Positions 12,414 through 25,321 of a stretch of 64,000 bases of DNA are shown here, piece after piece. Source of the stretch: Paraspadella gotoi (Eukaryota; Animalia; Chaetognatha). How positions within the stretch are numbered: position 1 is the stretch's first letter; each line of letters opens with the position of its first letter. Made by a program: the position numbers and the translations under genes. The notes under the pieces are model-generated. The model was given only the letters and a program-made list of their open reading frames with translations. It did not search any database and had not been told where the DNA came from. The DNA lies in contig CM119267.1 in NCBI GenBank assembly GCA_051294375.1, positions 26,624,872-26,688,871 of the forward strand, written 5' to 3'.

Positions 12414-15400
12414 AAGAAGTGGACTAACGCGGCTGCAGAGCCGGAACTCGTTTTTAGAAGAAGCAGTGACGGGAGAAAAAGAGAGAGAGAGAGAGAGCGA
12501 CATATAGATTAAAACGTTTTTGTTTGAAATAAAACAAAACAAATACCAATATGATATGAAACTGAGAATTTTAAAGAATTGATGATTAGAAGCCATAATA
12601 AAAATTCACTCCCTATGATATCACACTTTCAGAAGCCATGATTGACAAAAAAGCGAGACCGAAAGCTAAAACCGAGCAAAAAACTAGACAGGACGGGCTA
12701 TTTGCCCGCCTGGCTCGATAATAAGAGGATATTTGTTTGTTTTTGATTAAAATGTAAACAAACATTTGAATAACTGTCCTGGCTCATTTTAAGGACATCG
12801 ATATGACAAAGCTGAACATAAATTATAGATTATCATGCTATTAATTAATTAAATTAATTAATTAATCTATAATTATTAATTAAATCTTTAAATTGTTATT
12901 AATCATTAGATTAAATTAATTATCCGTAGGCAGATCCGACACTTGTTTGCTCATTCTTGTTTTAGCCCGGATCGCCTCCACGTTCGCCTCCGCGTTCGCC
13001 TCTTTAACGCCTCGGCGGTTTTGTTTAAAAATTTATTTATAGTTTTTGTATTTGATAATATTTTTTTTAAATTAGATCAATGGATCATGAAAAAACTTTC
13101 AATTTGTATGTTTAAAATATGATAAATATAATGTTTTTTATTTTTTTTAAATGTAAACTTTTTAACTTTTTTTAATCTTTTTAACAAAAAATATATTTTA
13201 AACAATTTTTGCAAGACATTTTGGAGAGAGAGAGAGAGAGAAAAAGAGAGAGATAGAATGAAAAAGAAAAAAAGAAATAGAGAGAGAAAGGGATAAAGCT
13301 CAAAAATATTTAGGAAAAGAATGTATTAGTTGAAAATAAGGACAGGCTGAGAATAAGGACAAGATTTTTCTTATATGACTTTATTTCATTTTTTCTATTC
13401 ACTCTTCATCTTTCTGTCTTAAAAAGAATAGTAAAAATTCTAAATTTAACTTTAATAAAAATCTCTAAAAGTAAAGAAATAAACAACATCATATTATGAA
13501 TATTTATTATATAAAAATTGTGATTAATAATTTTTTGTAGTAAGCAATATTTATGAATAATATTCACCCAAGGGCATAAATTGAGAATGGGGGAAAAAAT
13601 CTGTCCTCACTTCTATACGGTACCGAGACACCCCATAAGAAAATAAAAATAACCCATTTTTGAAACACAAAAAAATTAAAAAGAATAGTGTTTTTAATAC
13701 TACATTGTATAGTGAAGTCAAAAAATTTATGATTCAAGTTTTTTATTATTGAATTTTAAAGTTTTCGCGCTAAATACACCAAAAACACAACGAAACGAAA
13801 GGGAATACCACCTTATGGCTACTAAATCAAAAGTTTTGTTATGAATTTTTTATACAAAAACCATGTCGAAAAACTTAATCAACGACTTTGTCTCATTTTT
13901 ATTTATTCAAGGATTTATAACTTTCTCTTATATCAATCATTATCTACTAAAAGAAAGCTTTAATTTGAACCCATTCTCATAAGCCTACGATTATTTGTTC
14001 TCAAGTTATTAATGAAAATACTCAAATTTATTGTAAAAATGGAACTAACAAACAATTTGATAATTAGTATATGAAAAAGACTTATTCATTTCTTATTTAA
14101 TAAAAACTATAAATGTAACATACTATTGTTTAGATTTAAAGTAAACCTAATTTTTAAATTTTTCTTTAACATAATAACTCAATCAATAACAATGCTTGGT
14201 TTGGAAAACCTTTCTCTCTCTCTTTCTTTTTTCTCTTTTGCTCTTCTTTCCACTCTCCCTCTTTCTTTCAAAAAAATCTGTACAATTTTCATAACTCTGT
14301 TTTTTCTTTTTTTATAGCATAGATTTATCATTCGATGTTTGGATATGCTGGACTTATCGACAAGTTTTGGGGTGGGATTCGATGGACCAAAAAAGTGAAA
14401 TTATAAAGCCAAGATCTGCTAAAAGCAGATCCAGCTAAAAAAAAACTTCTTAAAAGCAAAGAAAAACAAATAAAATAAAATAAAACAGACAAAAGATAAA
14501 GAAAGAAAAAATATTTTAAAATTCATATCATAAGAATGACTTTTGGTTTGCACTGCTGATTAATTATTATTAAACTATTAATTCTTTAATTTAATTCTAT
14601 TGATCAAGTCTTTTTATTGGTCGGTCTGTCTATCTTTTTCTTTTTTCCCTTTACCTTTTTTCATCCTTCTTCCTCTCCATTTCCCTGTGCCCTTATTACA
14701 TAATTCATTTTTGTTTTCAGGCAATGCACTTAGATTGCCAAAATCTGCAGCTATTACAAATGCTAAATAATACTAAAATATATTTAAAAAAAACTTGACA
14801 AGTATATTAGCCATTTTGTCTTTCATATTAATTTAATTTATTTTAATTAAATAAAATACTCTCTCTCCTTCTCCCTTCTTTTTTTCCTTTCTTTTCCTTT
14901 TTTTCTGCCTTTTTTTCAGCCATACCTCTTTTCTTTTTCTATCTCTCTCTGTGTTGAAACTAAGTTCGGAGAAGTGGCGTCTTTGAATTCTAACTGACTG
15001 GGCTAATTCTGCTCATTGAAGACGAAATGAATTCGGGTATAAATGGCGCAGAAGAGACGATGGCGCCGGTCAAGACGCCCTGGAGATGACGACGACAAAG
15101 TCTCGGCAGAACGTCGGCTAAGGCCGAAAGGACGACGATCTACGAAGCCCAGGACTTGACGAAATGTCTGTAGTAAGTCTGTAGTTGCTTGAGCAGATAA
15201 GTCTGTAGCAGTGTAGTTGTAGTCTGTAGAGGCAGAGTCTGTAGTTAGAAGTCCTGGGCAAGGAATAACAAAACATTTAGTACAAACTCAGCAAATATAT
15301 ATAAATTTAAAGTGTCTTTCTTACTTGTTTCTGAAGCCAATATTAACCAAAAAAGAATTGCTTCTCTTCATAGAAAAGTCCACAAAACCAGCGATCACAC

Positions 15401-18400
15401 AAAAAATAAGTTTCCGAGATATCTAAATAAGAGTTTCTAATGCTCTGAAAAAGAACTAAAAACCCAGTGACAACTTTGAGATCTGAAGATGCCACGTGGG
15501 TAGAATTCGATTAGAATCTTAATCGAAATCTATCGAAATCACGGGCACCAATCAGAATCAGCTGTACACTGCCTTCGGAAATCTATACTTAAGTATAAAC
15601 AAAAGAAAGAGCCTAAAGATGTCATTGTGATCGCTAGAATGGAAGCATTTTCGATGCCAGTAACAAAGAACAAAAGAGCATTGGGAGAAAAGATAGAGAA
15701 GCTGGATTTCCTCGTAATATTAAAGATAGTTATTTCGTAACACTCTCTCTCTATATTTTTTTTCTCTCTGTCTCTCTCTATCTCTCTTACTCTCTCTCTC
15801 TCTGGCTTTCTCTCTCTCTTGGTCTCTCTCTCTCTCTTGGTCTCTCTCTCTCTGGCTTTCTCTCTCTCTTGGTCTCTCTCTCTCTGGCTATCTTTCTCTC
15901 TCTTGGTCTCTCTCTCTGGCTATCTTTCTCTCTCTGTCTTGCTCTCTCTCTTGCACTCTCTATTTGCGCGCTCTCTCTGTCCACACTGCTTCCTTCTCTC
16001 CCTCTCTCTTTAAATTATATTTTTTTCATTATCTAGCAATAATTCACATTCATTTTTTGAAAAGTTGTTTTTTCAGTTTTTTTATATTTTTGCTTTATAT
16101 TATTTATATTTTAATATATATACTATTTTTTAAAATTAAAATTCCAAAGTCAGGAGCAAGATAACTTATTTATTAAATGAATGGATAATTGTTATATTGT
16201 TTGTACCAATTTCATGAATTGTTTTTTATAAATAAATTGATAATATAAATTTTAATATAAAAATTAAAACTGTATAAGTTAAAAGGTAATATAAATTAAA
16301 AAAATTACCAATAAAAAAAAATACAAGTTAAAAAAATGAAGCAAGTTAAAAAAAATGAGGCCAGTTAAAAAAAAGATGCAATTTAAAAAATGATACAAGT
16401 TGAAAAATAATGCAAATTAAAAAAATATTACAAATTGAAAAAATGATGTAAGTAAAAAAAATGATGCAAGTTTCAAAAATAATGCTAATTAAAAAAATAA
16501 TGCGAGTTGAAAAATGAAATGAATTAAAAAATGATGCAAATTAAAAAAATAATACAAATTTAAAAAAATATGCAAGTTTAAAAATGAAGCTAGTTTTAAT
16601 TAATAAAATGAATAAATAGAATAGAATTATGAATAAATGATTTAATTAAATATTCATAGGAATAAATTAACTAATTAATTATCTTTTATTTAAAATAAAA
16701 AAGGAATAAATTGAGTGAATGAATGTATTAAAAGAAAAAGATATAAAAATATATGCTTATGTACAACAACTTATTAGATAAAAAAATTATAAACAGAACT
16801 AGAAATATTTTCTTTTTGAATAAAAATATATTAATATAAAACCAATGGCAGCTGATAAACGCTTCATTCTAAATTTGAAAAAAAGAACAATTTTTGGAAC
16901 AATAGAAAGGTTATAATTTGGCAAAAACCTTTTGATTTTCGCCTATAAAAACAAAAGCTCAAGAGGCAAACGCGCAACGTTTTTTGCGCCTCCGCATTCG
17001 CCTCCCTTCTCCCCAATTTTTGTCTGTAGTCCGCTTTCGCCACCTCAAAAAACATGCCCCTCCGCGCGTTTTCACTCCGCCTCCCGGATCGCGTCTGCAT
17101 CTCTGATCTTAACTGATCAATATAAAATTTGAACACATAAATGACTTTTATATTTTCTACTCAACTAATTTTTAAAATCAATGAAATAACCACTGGTTTT
17201 CAAATGACAGCGTATTTCTACCGGCGCTTGTAAAATTGTCACCATAACTGTTAAGGTAGTTAAGTAATAACTTTTTTTACCAATAATAATTTGATCCATT
17301 GTTACTAAGAAGAAGAGAAAATCCCAGCTTATGGCAACAGCCGGGTTGCCTGTGATGTCCATTGGGGGCTTCCAACCCTCAGTGTTGCCTTCAGTCACTG
17401 GCGCGGTTACCCTAGTTGTTAGGACTGTGGATGGAACACAACGCCTGGGATGGTGTGTTACTCTCTGAGCCAATGGTATTGGCTGAATGATAGTGGATGT
17501 GAGGCGACGTGAATATACCGCCACAAGTTTGTGAATGTACAATTTTACCCAAAATGACCAAAACTCATTTTTTGTTTTTCCTTAGATAAAACTGCGACTT
17601 GGTCCGTTCCACCTGGCCCCGGGACTATTTCCGCCCGTGAGGGACACTCCTTCGCCTGCGACGCCGAGCTGAAATTTCGACTTATGGGCAACGGGCTCAA
17701 CGCCACGCTCGAAACCTTTGATCTAAGGGTCATTATCATTCCCTCGTTTATTCTTTGTAACTCTAACTTTTCAATCATTTACCCAGTTCATTATCAATCA
17801 ATTGGCCTATTGAAGAGACAGTAATTATTGTTGTTAGTGACAGAACCGTTCAAAATAAACAGTCCCTGAGCTTTGGATCAGGCTGTAACACCGTGTTACA
17901 GGCGGGTTAAGCGCCCCGTCTCTCTTAACTACTAGGCGATCACAGGGCTAGAACCCCGGACCTTTGGGTTGGGAGGCGAATGACTTGCCTCCTGCACCAA
18001 TGGCAGCTGATGAACGTTTGGTGGATTTTAGTCCACCATACTATTTTGTTTCTACTCAGTGAGTAGAAACAAACCTTTACTATTTCATTCTCAATCACTT
18101 TTATAAGCAGATCCTGACTCTATAATTCACTTTGTCGGTACGTCGGTCCGCCCCCTCAATCTTGTCGGGCATTCACTTATATCATGTCAGAACATCGAAT
18201 TATAATAAATTATGCAAAAAAAAACGATGACCGTCCGTCTGTCTGTCCGTCCGTCCCAACTTAGCAAAAAACACCAATTACTCATCATTGGATGGATGGA
18301 TTGGAATGAAATTTTGTGTGTGGGTAGGGAAGTGTGTGATTGAGCTGGATATGAAATTTCGTTGGAATTGTCAGAGTGGAAATGAGTTTAAATGGAAAAA

Positions 18401-21400
18401 ACAAAAAATATATTACACTATTCGAACACCAATTACTCACGAGTGGATGGGGCGATTGACTTGAGAATTTTTATTGGGTAGAAAAGTGTGTGATTAAACT
18501 GGAAATCAAATTTCGATGGAATCGTTTGAGTGGAAATGAGTTTAAATTGAAAAAGCAAGAACCTGTTTAACTAAATGATTATGCTTCTTTTTCTTTTATT
18601 TTAAATCTAAATGCAAGATGTATTAATTTATCAAATAATTAACCAGTTAATAATCAATTAGTCAATTAAATAATAAATAATTAATTAATCAGCAATTAAT
18701 CAATAAAAACAAACATTTCGGATCAAATAGCCTAATTAATTAAATATTAACTGAATTAATTAATTATTAATTAATTAATTACCGATAATGATTGTCGGAC
18801 GATCCAACATTGTTTGCTCAAACTTGTTTTTACTAATTTTTATTCTAATCAATTTGCTTATTTATTCCTTAGGTTTATCACTTTGCTAAGTTCATTCTCA
18901 ATCATTTTTATTAATTAAATTAAAATAATTAAACTCGGACAGACGCTGGGTTGGCAAAAACTGGGTTTTTGTTTTTTTTTAAATTATAGATAGCATATTA
19001 ATTTTTTTTAAGATACAAATTTTTATATTAATTTCCTTTCTTTTCGTTGTTTTTGCAAATTAGAGAAAGACAAAGTTTATTTGTTTATGTACAACGATTT
19101 TATTTTTACATAGGACATGTTTCGGCTTTAAGTATAAGCCTTCATCAGCGTTTGATTAATCAGACAAATTTTTCTCTTAACATTGAGTCAGAGAGAGAGA
19201 GAGAGAGAGAGTTGAGAGAGAGAGAGAGAACAGAGAGAGAGAGAAAAGAGAAGAGAGAGTAAAGCTTCCAACAAAGGTTGAGATAAGGACAGTGGTCAGA
19301 TGAGGACAGGTGAAGGTAAGGAGAGAGAAGAAGAGGAAAGTGGTTGAAATGTGAATAGTGAAAATTTGAAGAGACAGAGAGAGAAAATATTTACGTTTTT
19401 TGTAATGTACAACAAAGATAAAGAATAATAATTCAATAACAACAAATAATATACTTAATGCTTAAACTAGTAGATTTAACGAGAAATATTTTAACTAGTT
19501 TTTAATTAAGATTGAAATAAGAGAAAGAGAAAGAAGAATGTGTGGTTAGGGATAGCTAAGTTGTAGAATTAGAGAAATAAAGATAAGAAAGAGCTCAAAA
19601 TGAGCCCATGACAAGTCAATGACCCGATCATATCATCAACGTCCTGCTTTTGCCAGGCCGGGGGGGCCAGCTCATTTTGAGCTCTTTCTTTATCTTTATT
19701 TTCTCTAATTCTACACTTAGCTATCCCTAACCACACATTCTTCTTTTCTCTTTCTCTTTATTTCAATCTTAATTAACAAACTAGTTAAAAATATTCTCAG
19801 TTAAATCTACTAGTTTAAGCATTAAGTATATTTATTTGTTATTGAATTATTATTCCTTTATCTTTGTTGTACATTACAAAAAATGTAAATATTTTCTCTC
19901 TCTCTGTCTCTTCAAATTTTCACTATTCACATTTCAACCACTTTCCTCTTCTTCTTCTCTCTCCTTACCTTCACCTGTCCTCAATCTGACCACTGTCCTT
20001 ATCTCAACCTTTGTTGGAAGCTTTATCTCTCTCTCTCTTTTCTCTCTCTCTGTCTCTCTCTCTCTCTCTCTGACTCAATGTTAAGAGAAAAATTTGTCTG
20101 ATTAATCAAACGCTGATGAAGGCTTATACTTAAAGCCGAAACATGTCCTATGTAAAAATAAATCGTTGTACATAAACAAATAAACTTTGTCTTTCTCTAA
20201 GATACAAATTTAAAATATTTATACTTCTTAAGTGATTAATGATAAAAATATATGAAAATATACTGATTATATTTAATAATAGTATTAATTAATTAATATT
20301 TTTTATGGTAAACAATGTAATAAATATAAATATTATATTTTTTGAATAAAACCTGTTATGAAAAAAGTGTATAAACTTAATTTTATTAGAAAATAGTAAT
20401 TAAATACTCAAAATAATTTGATATAAATATGCATCATAAACATTTAAATAAATTACTAATACATTGAAAATTGAAGTACATCTTTAGTACATGTTTTTGC
20501 CGAACTTGTCTTTTGGGCTAAAAATAAATTTTGATGTTTGGATATAATATTTGAGTTAGTAGAAGAAGTTTGAATTTGTTTACAACAACGATATTATTGG
20601 TACAAACTTCTTCTACTAATTCAAACACACCAAAACGAAAGGAAATTCGCGATGCCTAATATTTGAGTTAATAAAATATTAAGGTGTTTAATTAGGCTAA
20701 GATTTTTTCCTGAAGTCAATATATTATTTTCCCGCATTCTCGTTAATTTATTCCTGGTTAGGATACCTTTTCAGAGAATTCTTTAACATGTGACTTATAG
20801 TCAAATATATAATTTTATTGAAGTTTAATTTTTTCTGATAAATAGCTTTAAAAGACCCTAACCTTGTGTTAAATAATAACGAGAGAATAGCAATCATTTT
20901 TAATGTATCGCTCTTTACATAATTTGCGATTCATGATTAGGATTACTTAATATAAGGAAAATGGTACAGAAGCCAGCAACGAAAGTGATACTGATATTAA
21001 ACATGTAAAACATAGGTTTAGGGTTATTTTTTATCACTAAATTATATATTAAGCTTTGTAAAAATGATATATCTTATATGATTTAAATTTTTGCTTCAAC
21101 AATTTAATGTTTCATATTAAGAAATTAAGTAATTTTAAAAAAAAACAAAAAACCCACTTTTTAGTGGGTTTTTTTGGGTTTTTTGGCTGGGTTTTTTGGG
21201 TTTTTTTGGGTGGGTTTTTTAATGCCAACCCTGGACAGACGCCTCATTTTCTCAATGAATTCCCTGCGATTAACTTAAAATCCGCTTCACAGATTCAACC
21301 CTTTATGGAGACGGAGAACGAGTCAGGATTTGGCATCATCGAACGATGCCAACATGACCAGGTCAGACATAAAAACTTAGGATGTTTGATCCACGGACTT

Positions 21401-22940
21401 TTAGGTTTCGTTAATTTTTAGTCTAACATATATTTTTATCTCGCCAGATGGGCTAAAGCCCGTCTTGGGCGAGTTGTGGTTCTTCTTTGTGACCGTCGTC
21501 GTCGTCACGTTTTTTTATAATTGGAAATTGTAAAAGAGTATAACCATAAGAAGTTAAAAATTTAGGTTTGATTTCTCTTCAACAAGGTTTTTTAAATTGT
21601 CATAATTTATATCAATATTCGGATTTGTATGTTTTATTTACAAAACAATTATATCTATTTTTTATATAAAAACAATAACGAATTGCGATTGATTCTTATA
21701 AAATTGTGATATCATAAGAAGCTAAAAATTGAGATATGGCTTCTCATCATCAAGATCTTTAAAATTGTTATGTTTCATATTAATACTCGGATTTGTTTGT
21801 TTTATTTATATTTATAATTACAATTATGTTTTAATTATATGTTTGTTTTTTTTAAATTATATCATTTAAGGAAAAACTTGCCACACTTTCTGGAGGCATT
21901 GGTTCGAATCCCACCACTGCCATCACATTTAAAAAAAAACTCATGGGTTTTTGGATAAAATTAAAACAAGATTTATTCTGGGAATAAAATGGTAATGGTG
22001 AGTCACACGCAGGAGTCCAGATAAATTCTACTGAAATTAAAGAAGCTAGCAAGCAAGAGACATTTTTATAATTCTATTGTTTTTGCAAGCTGATTGGTCG
22101 AATCTGATTCCGCCTTTGACCATTCATGATTCATCGATTCCGATTCTGCGGAGATTGTTCGATCCTTCGATTCAATTTTGCTTTGGGTTAGGTTGATTCT
22201 CCCTCGATGATATGTTGCCCTCTCTCTTTTTTCGTTGCTGCCTCTTATGATTCATCTAAAAATGTGTTCAGCTCTGCAGCGGCTGTCCAGCTTTCTCTCT
22301 CACTCATTGCGTCAATGTATGACTATCATCGCGTCAATGTATAACTATCATCGCGTCACTGTATAACTATCATCGCATCAATGAATGACTGTCATTGCAT
22401 CAATGAAAGACTGTTATCGCATCAATGACTGACTATCATCGTATCAATGAATGACTATCATCGCATCAATGAATTATTATTATCATTTCAATGAATGACT
22501 ATCATCACATCTATAATTGGTTATCATTGTATCAATAATTAGTTATTATTGTATTAATAATTGGTTATTATCGCATCAATAATCATTTGTTATTACATCA
22601 ATAATCAATTACTATTATATCAATAATCAATTACTATTACATCAATAATCAATTATTATTACATTATTAATTTGTTTTCGCATCAATCATTCTTTTTTTT
22701 TTCTTTTTTTTATTAATTTTCTTTGATAATAATGTCTGGCGAGATCACTATACTTTAAGATCTTTTTCATTTTTATTTCTTTTTTCATTTTGTATTTTTA
22801 AATTCATTTCCCCCTTCAAGACTCCAAACACGGTGGTCCCGTTGGCAGTGGGCGCAGCTTTGGCGGCGCTGATCGTCCTTGTGTTGGTGCTGTACCTCAT
22901 TGGGCGCCGCAAGCTGCATCGCGGTTATCAGACGGTTTGA
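2236..22940 (+). CDS. LAMP: LAMP-family lysosome-associated membrane glycoprotein (single LAMP domain plus mucin-like stalk), 5 exons, about 376 aa
   Basis: Exons 2236-2911, 3041-3163, 17586-17728, 21293-21361, 22821-22940 join in frame via GT-AG introns (1131 nt). Signal-peptide-like N-terminus, Thr/Pro/Ser-rich stalk, LAMP-domain motifs GHSFAC, LR-IQPF and ERCQHD, TM helix VVPLAVGAALAALIVLVLVLYLIG, tail RRKLHRGYQTV* (GYxxPhi lysosomal sorting signal). Confidence 0.92.
3041..3163 (+). CDS. LAMP: LAMP exon 2
   Basis: ctcacAG acceptor; STNWLLLTFDSHKLIFVFVNDS...WRLYGITFTDR; donor GTGAGT at 3164. Confidence 0.85.
4871..5661 (+). mobile_element. Helentron-type non-autonomous element (HINE/DINE-1-like), family 1
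   Basis: 5' subTIR gtcggatctgc inside a palindrome, GTCC/GTCT microsatellite, internal ~125-bp tandem units, 3' subTIR gcagatcc(g/a)ac, hairpin gtttg-ct-caaac, T-rich insertion site. Confidence 0.8.
5663..5975 (+). repeat. Dispersed repeat
   Basis: Direct copy at about 36408-36740 (ttttaccggccaatgtagaa...gcccttcagacatatggctatcggattcctgaatt). Confidence 0.75.
7853..9630. mobile_element. Palindromic hammerhead-capped Penelope-like insertion A (three 3' ends)
   Basis: Minus-strand main copy ~8680-7853 with ORF C-terminus 8667-8407; inverted 3' UTR copy from 8687; third copy 9301-9628. Mutated hammerheads at 7907-7941(-), 9084(+), 9534(+). Confidence 0.85.
9981..12961 (+). mobile_element. Composite HINE family 1 element carrying an inverted family 3 HINE
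   Basis: HINE1 5' and 3' ends; internal (GA)n-rich insert from ~11260; collinear with 52298-55070. Confidence 0.75.
14952..15742. mobile_element. Probable solo LTR (BEL/Pao- or Gypsy-like termini)
   Basis: TGTT...AACA termini; flanks ctctg/ctctc (4 of 5 match as TSD); partial inverted copy at about 35858-36280. Confidence 0.55.
15745..16010. repeat. (CT)n-based microsatellite/minisatellite
   Basis: Repeated ctctctctctggct / ctctcttggt units. Confidence 0.85.
16315..16590 (+). repeat. Degenerate 18-19 bp tandem repeat (aaaaaatgatgcaagttg)
   Basis: Same unit as the arrays at 47630-48340 and 61160-61380. Confidence 0.75.
17586..17728 (+). CDS. LAMP: LAMP exon 3
   Basis: ttttccttAG acceptor; KTATWSVPPGPGTISAREGHSFACDAELKFRLMGNGLNATLETFDLR; phase matches exons 2 and 4. 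Confidence 0.88.
17832..18030 (-). mobile_element. tRNA-derived SINE-like element
   Basis: Minus-strand head gccattggtgcaggaggcaagtca...aaggtccggggttctagccc (A-box/B-box-like); second copy on + at about 31410-31601 with the B box partly deleted. Confidence 0.65.
18104..18828 (+). mobile_element. HINE family 1 copy (5' end clipped)
   Basis: Collinear with 4871-5661; ends cattgtttgctcaaacttgtt. Confidence 0.8.
19114..19148 (-). ncRNA. Minimal type I hammerhead ribozyme
   Basis: Reverse complement reads CTGATGA AGGCTT atactta AAGCC GAAA CATGTC. Confidence 0.8.
20113..20147 (+). ncRNA. Minimal type I hammerhead ribozyme (sense to LAMP intron 3)
   Basis: CTGATGA AGGCTT atactta AAGCC GAAA CATGTC. 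Confidence 0.8.
21293..21361 (+). CDS. LAMP: LAMP exon 4
   Basis: ttcacAG acceptor; IQPFMETENESGFGIIERCQHDQ; donor GTCAGA. Confidence 0.88.
21437..22762 (+). mobile_element. HINE family 2 element filling LAMP intron 4
   Basis: subTIRs atctcgccaga / tctggcgagat, partial 5' inverted repeat, (gtc)n tract, internal 22-bp minisatellite (tcatcgcatcaatgaatgacta) at 22305-22690. Confidence 0.7.
22821..22940 (+). CDS. LAMP: LAMP exon 5 (TM helix and GYQTV tail)
   Basis: TPNTVVPLAVGAALAALIVLVLVLYLIGRRKLHRGYQTV*; ttcaAG acceptor. Confidence 0.93.
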   Translation, partial: TPNTVVPLAVGAALAALIVLVLVLYLIGRRKLHRGYQTV

Positions 22941-24348
22941 TCGCCGCAATTATTTTCATTTAAAATATCATCCACTTTTTCTCATTTTGAAGTTCTACTC
23001 TCAAAATTTTGCAAGCGAATCCACGCAATTATACGATAATTTCGTTTTTATTTTAAACTGATCGATCTCAAAATCTTTTTGTGATAAATTAAACTTTATG
23101 ATATTGATATGATATTGCTGCCTTTAGAATTTGTTATTAAGGGGGAACAAAGTAAAAACTAAGAGTTCTGTAATATAAATAACGTTAGAGCATCCCTGTG
23201 GGATGACGAAATTAAAAAAAATTTAAGATTTTATATACAATTAATATTTAATAACACAAAAGCATTTAAAGTTTATCGTATTAATATAAATCATTATTTT
23301 TTTTTTTCAAAATCAGAATTTTTAAAAACGGATTTGGGTAGAGATTGAAAAAATAAATAAAAAATACTTTGCTAACTGATGGGTAGGTCCATCATCTCTA
23401 TCTCTCTATGAGTAAAGTCAAAGGAAAAGTCCAAAAACTAGGCATAAAAAGTATATTCTCTGAGAGGGAGCTCACGAGCTGAAGTAGAACCCAAGACAAC
23501 GAAAATCTCTCTCTTTGCTATCAAAATTTGTCGTCAATCCAAATTTTTCTTATGCGATTGCGACGATCCTTATGCTTTTAAGATTTTTTTTTTTTTTTGA
23601 GACAGTTGAGAAACGAGCACAGGACTCATCCACAAGGAGTGGGTTCGAGGCGCGAAAAGGGCGACACTAACTGATGGGTAGCTGCATCATCTCTATCTCT
23701 CTGAGTAAAGTCAAAGGAAAAGTCCAAAAAATGGGCAAAAAAAGTATATTCCCAAGACAGAAGTAAAATCTCTCTCTTTGCTCCTTCTGCCGTCGCTCGA
23801 TGAGGAGGAAGGGAAAGGGAGGAAAAGAGGCGGAAGAGGAAGAAGAAAAGGTGTCTCGAGCGAGAATGGGGAAGAGAAATGGGGGAATCCAGTGAAATAT
23901 ACTTATCCCTCTATCTGCTTTGCGGAGACAACTTTTTATGGGCTATCTGAATCCGTTCTTAAAAATTTTTTTTTTTTCATTGCCTATGCCTTGATAAATA
24001 TTTAAATGCTTTAATGTTATACTGTGCTTCACTAGTTAAAAAAGTGATAGTAAATATTGATTTAGTATATCATGAACAAATGAATTTTATATTACAGAAC
24101 TCTTAATGATAAAAAGTGATCAATTTTGTCAAATTAATATGACGACGAACTTCATTGTTTTACTTTCGTTAATCGCCTTTAACATTTTGTTTGTTTCCTT
24201 TTAGTTTTTTCTCGTTTTATTCTGTTTTGCGGACTAATGAGTAATGACTACTGATGAGTGATCTTCGATCGTGTATCGACTCCACCCAGAATTCGTCTCC
24301 TCGTCCTTCATGAAAAAAGAGTCTTCTTTGTCGCCGCGCCTTTTAAGG

Positions 24349-25261
24349 ATGAGCTTTTCTCTTCTTCGCCTCGCAGTTTTGGGTCTTTTCCTTCATTTCG
24401 TTTTCTTTTATTCGATTTTCGAAATTTACTTTAGTTCTCCTCTCGTGCAGAATCTCTCACCCATTCCGTCCCAAGGTCAGTTCCGCTTGTTCTTTCCCGT
24501 CCCCGTAAAGAGTCATTCTTTTCTCCTGCTCCCCTCAGCGCCGCCTTTGGCCCGTCGAGTTGTTCTCTTTGTTGCCGATGGACTCCGCGTCGACAAATTC
24601 TTGGAAATAAACAAACGAGGCGAATCTCGGGCGCCGTTCCTTCGCGACGTCATCCTGCGTCGCGGGGCCTGGGGCGTCTCGCACACCCGCGTACCGACCG
24701 AGTCGCGTCCTGGCCACGTCGCTCTCATCGCAGGTCCAAACTAAAAAGATTAGATTATGTAGATTTTCAATCTAGATGAATCTCGATTTTCTCTAGTAAC
24801 TAAGTTCCCCGCCGTTAAAAGGTTTTTACGAGGACGTCGGCGCCGTCGCCAAAGGATGGAAAGAAAACCCAGTGGATTTCGATTCTCTCTTTAACCAAAG
24901 CAGAGAGACGTGGTCGTGGGGAAGTCAGGACATCCTCCCCATATTTGCCAAGGGCTCTACCGGTAATCAACTAATCGATAGAGGAAAAGTATGATTAATT
25001 TTTTTTCAGTCTTGTACCGATTAAAACGGCAAGTGATCTTCTTCAGGTGACCGCGTCCACTTTTCGACCTACCCCTCGTCGTGGCAGGACTTTGACTCCA
25101 GCACTGACGCCTCCCGTCTGGATGCCTGGGTCTTCGATCAGGCATCAACATTCTTTGCCAACGCCTCCCGAGACCGAGATCTTCACGATCGACTTCAAAG
25201 AGATGGAATCGTGGTTTTTCTCCATCTCTTGGGTCTGGACACCAACGGTGAAACATTTGGC

Positions 25262-25321
<60 letters not shown>

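Larger units (their letters stand above)
9904..17105. mobile_element. hAT-like non-autonomous element with nested insertions
   Basis: Termini cagggatgc...gcatctctg; 8-bp TSD atcttaac at 9896-9903 and 17106-17113; cgcctc-rich subterminal motifs at both ends. Confidence 0.75.
19023..20197. mobile_element. Palindromic hammerhead-capped Penelope-like insertion B
   Basis: Near-identical inverted arms ~19050-19605 / ~19670-20200; intact hammerheads 19114-19148(-) and 20113-20147(+); 14-bp TSD taagatacaaattt (19009-19022, 20198-20211). Confidence 0.9.
18946..21233. mobile_element. hAT-like MITE hosting Penelope-like insertion B
   Basis: TIRs ctgggttggca / tgccaaccctg; 8-bp TSD gacagacg at 18938-18945 and 21234-21241; gggttttt subterminal repeats. 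Confidence 0.8.

Noticed and set aside
11708-12596. ORFs rich in ER/SL dipeptides (also near 15800, 25260, 53900)
   Set aside because: Translations of (GA)n/(CT)n microsatellites.
21890-21925. tRNA gene (ggttcgaatcccaccactgcca)
   Set aside because: Only a T-arm/acceptor 3' half embedded in a HINE; no D arm or anticodon arm.
23370-23780. ctgatgg direct repeats upstream of PIGN as further hammerheads
   Set aside because: The core is CTGATGG with no stem II-GAAA arrangement; it is an ordinary ~100-bp direct repeat.
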